A stretch of 64,000 bases of DNA, from positions 7,838-71,837 of the forward strand of contig JBDRJN010000006.1 in the NCBI GenBank assembly GCA_043814965.1, read 5' to 3'. The stretch comes from Candidatus Omnitrophota bacterium (GTDB lineage: Bacteria > Omnitrophota > Gorgyraeia > Gorgyraeales > Gorgyraeaceae). The notes beneath the pieces are model-generated. The model was not told the origin of the DNA and ran no database searches. It saw nothing but the letters and a program-made list of their open reading frames with translations. Positions 62,448-64,000 of this stretch are shown here, piece by piece. A program made the position numbers and the translations under genes. Numbering within the stretch: the first letter of the stretch is position 1; every line of letters begins with the position of its first letter.

Positions 62448-63662
62448 ATGAAAACAATAGGTCTTAAGATTTTATCAGTGCTTTTATTCGGCGGGTTAGT
62501 CTTCAGTGTTTTTGCGAACAGGGCTGCTAAGTCAGATCGTATCTATGTAAAGGATCTTGATAATGGAAGATCTCAATTAATAGTAAATAACAGGCCTTAT
62601 ATCATAAAGGGTGTAGTATATAGCCCTGCGCCCATAGGCATGACACATACATATAATTTTTGGTCAGATCCTAAAAAACCCTATATTGCAGACGCTAAAC
62701 TTATGAAAAAGATGGGAGTCAATACTATAAGGGTATATAAATTAGAAGGAGACCCTGAAGAAATAAAAGAGGCTATAACGTTTTTATACGATAAATATAA
62801 AATACGCGTTGCAGTAGGCCATTGGCTGGGTTTTTGGGACAATCCAAATTATGCAGACCCGGCTTTTAGAGAAAAAGTAAAACAGGATGTAATAGAGATG
62901 GTCAATACTTATAAGGACACAAAAGGTATACTATGTTGGATCCTTGGGAATGAGAATAATTTTTCCTTTACGTATGGCCCTCAGGCCGTGAATATCTGGA
63001 CCACCGACGATATAGAGGCATTAGGCGACCCGTATCTAAAAAGGCTTGAAAGGGCAAAGATATACTATTCGTTCGTGAATGAGATCTCAAGAGAGATCAA
63101 AAAGATAGACCCTGGCCATGTGACAGTCTTGGCTAATGCAGAGACCAATGATATCTGCAATATATCACCTGATATTACAAAAGATATAGACTTGTTAGGC
63201 GCCTCTGTCTATAGGGGCAAGAGTTTTGGGAGTTTCTTCAGGCATGTCCAGCTTAAATTTAGAAGGCCTGTCATGGTAACGGAATTCGGCTGTGATAGAT
63301 ATGATGCGTATCTTGATAAAGAAGATGAAAGCTCTCAGGCAGAGTTTATAAAAGCTGAATGGGAAGAGATAGAGAAAAATACTTACAAAGGCAGCGGTGT
63401 AGGGAATTGCGTAGGCGGGTTTGTATTTGAATGGACAGATGAGTGGTGGAAATACAATGAGTATTCTTCCAGCGGCTGGTATATACACGACATAGTGTCA
63501 AGCTGGTCTAACGGGGCATATTATTTTGACATAAAGGCCCCTAACAATTTTAATATAAATGAAGAGTGGTGGGGTATATGCAGTTTAGAAAAAAGAGAGG
63601 GAGCCCTTGACGAACGTAAGCCCACTAAGGCATACTTTGTGTTAAAGGAGTTGTGGAGATAA
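62448..63662 (+). CDS. Secreted glycoside hydrolase, clan GH-A TIM-barrel (paralog of the C-terminal half of 59265-61613)
   Basis: Signal peptide 'MKTIGLKILSVLLFGGLVFSVFA'; 'ILCWILGNENNFS' (acid/base), 'VMVTEFGCDRY' (nucleophile), 'FVFEWTDEWWK'. Confidence 0.6.
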   Translation: MKTIGLKILSVLLFGGLVFSVFANRAAKSDRIYVKDLDNGRSQLIVNNRPYIIKGVVYSPAPIGMTHTYNFWSDPKKPYIADAKLMKKMGVNTIRVYKLEGDPEEIKEAITFLYDKYKIRVAVGHWLGFWDNPNYADPAFREKVKQDVIEMVNTYKDTKGILCWILGNENNFSFTYGPQAVNIWTTDDIEALGDPYLKRLERAKIYYSFVNEISREIKKIDPGHVTVLANAETNDICNISPDITKDIDLLGASVYRGKSFGSFFRHVQLKFRRPVMVTEFGCDRYDAYLDKEDESSQAEFIKAEWEEIEKNTYKGSGVGNCVGGFVFEWTDEWWKYNEYSSSGWYIHDIVSSWSNGAYYFDIKAPNNFNINEEWWGICSLEKREGALDERKPTKAYFVLKELWR

Positions 63663-63663
63663 G

Positions 63664-64000
63664 ATGAGAAGCCTTCTGAACAGGGTGTCATTGATTTTCA
63701 TTACGTGTATATTCTTGGCAAATATATGCATAGGTATGTCCTATGCCCAAAAACAGGATATTGCTGAGAGTTTTGGCCTATGTAGTAAAGGCATAGATGC
63801 GTATTGTGATGGGAATCTGTATGAAGCTAAAAATATTTTAGAGCAGGCGGTTAAACTGGATCCGAGAAATAATGAGGCTCAAGGATATCTAGATCTTGTA
63901 AACGCAGAGATAAAGATGCGTTCAGAAGGAAAACTGGATTTTCATAATAGAGGATCTGATCTCGTAAGAGAAAGGGATCTTTTAAATGGCGAAGAGAAAA
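63664..64000 (+). CDS. TPR-repeat secreted protein (3'-partial, runs off window)
   Basis: ATG 63664 sits 1 nt after the preceding stop. Signal-like 'LIFITCIFLANICIGMSYA', then TPR-like 'GNLYEAKNILEQAVKLDPRNNEAQGYLDLV'. Not in the ORF track because there is no stop inside the window. Confidence 0.45.
   Translation, partial: MRSLLNRVSLIFITCIFLANICIGMSYAQKQDIAESFGLCSKGIDAYCDGNLYEAKNILEQAVKLDPRNNEAQGYLDLVNAEIKMRSEGKLDFHNRGSDLVRERDLLNGEEK

Overview
AT-rich window (about 37-40% GC by eye, heavy AAA/GAT/ATA/AGA codon use) dominated by one uninterrupted + strand ORF covering nt 6-55586 (18,526 codons). The frame is still open at the left edge (nt 3-5 'gcc' is in frame, and the first in-frame start-like codon is a GTG at nt 6), so the gene is almost certainly 5'-truncated by the window and even larger. 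An AT-rich 55.6 kb stretch without a stop is essentially impossible by chance, and the frame contains many textbook catalytic motifs, so this is a genuine giant gene. From motif reading alone (no searches were possible) the protein is a mosaic in this order:
- A SecA-like DEAD-motor ATPase (nt ~7.8-9.4 kb).
- Several clusters of transmembrane helices.
- Long coiled-coil and E/Q-rich tracts.
- A ~45-aa 'YGVS' repeat family.
- A possible JAB/MPN-like domain and an aromatic-rich alpha/alpha-toroid-like domain.
- A ~5.5 kb HEAT/PBS-lyase-like repeat array with a triplicated ~150-aa module and a duplicated TM helix.
- Six tandem midasin/dynein-type AAA (AAA_5) ATPase domains (nt ~38.2-45.5 kb), then an acidic D/E-rich tract and a complete MIDAS-type von Willebrand A domain. 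This is the full domain order of eukaryotic midasin/Rea1, embedded in a bacterial-style gene.
- A C-terminal tail of small-molecule enzyme domains: an RSH-like (p)ppGpp-synthetase-like segment, a clear proline dehydrogenase domain, a RelA/SpoT-type HD domain and a GNAT acetyltransferase domain.
Downstream lies an ordinary carbohydrate-uptake neighbourhood: a PilZ (c-di-GMP receptor) gene, a sugar ABC transporter (lipoprotein SBP plus two permeases), two paralogous clan GH-A glycoside hydrolases, a CBM-like lipoprotein and a 3'-partial TPR protein. Non-coding oddities include G-quadruplex-type GGGTTAC-like G-tract repeats in front of two consecutive genes, a GC-rich hairpin and a perfect 20-bp palindrome. 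All minus-strand ORFs inside the giant gene look like shadow ORFs. The architecture resembles the giant genes reported from uncultivated AT-rich phyla such as Omnitrophota, but that taxonomic guess is inference only.
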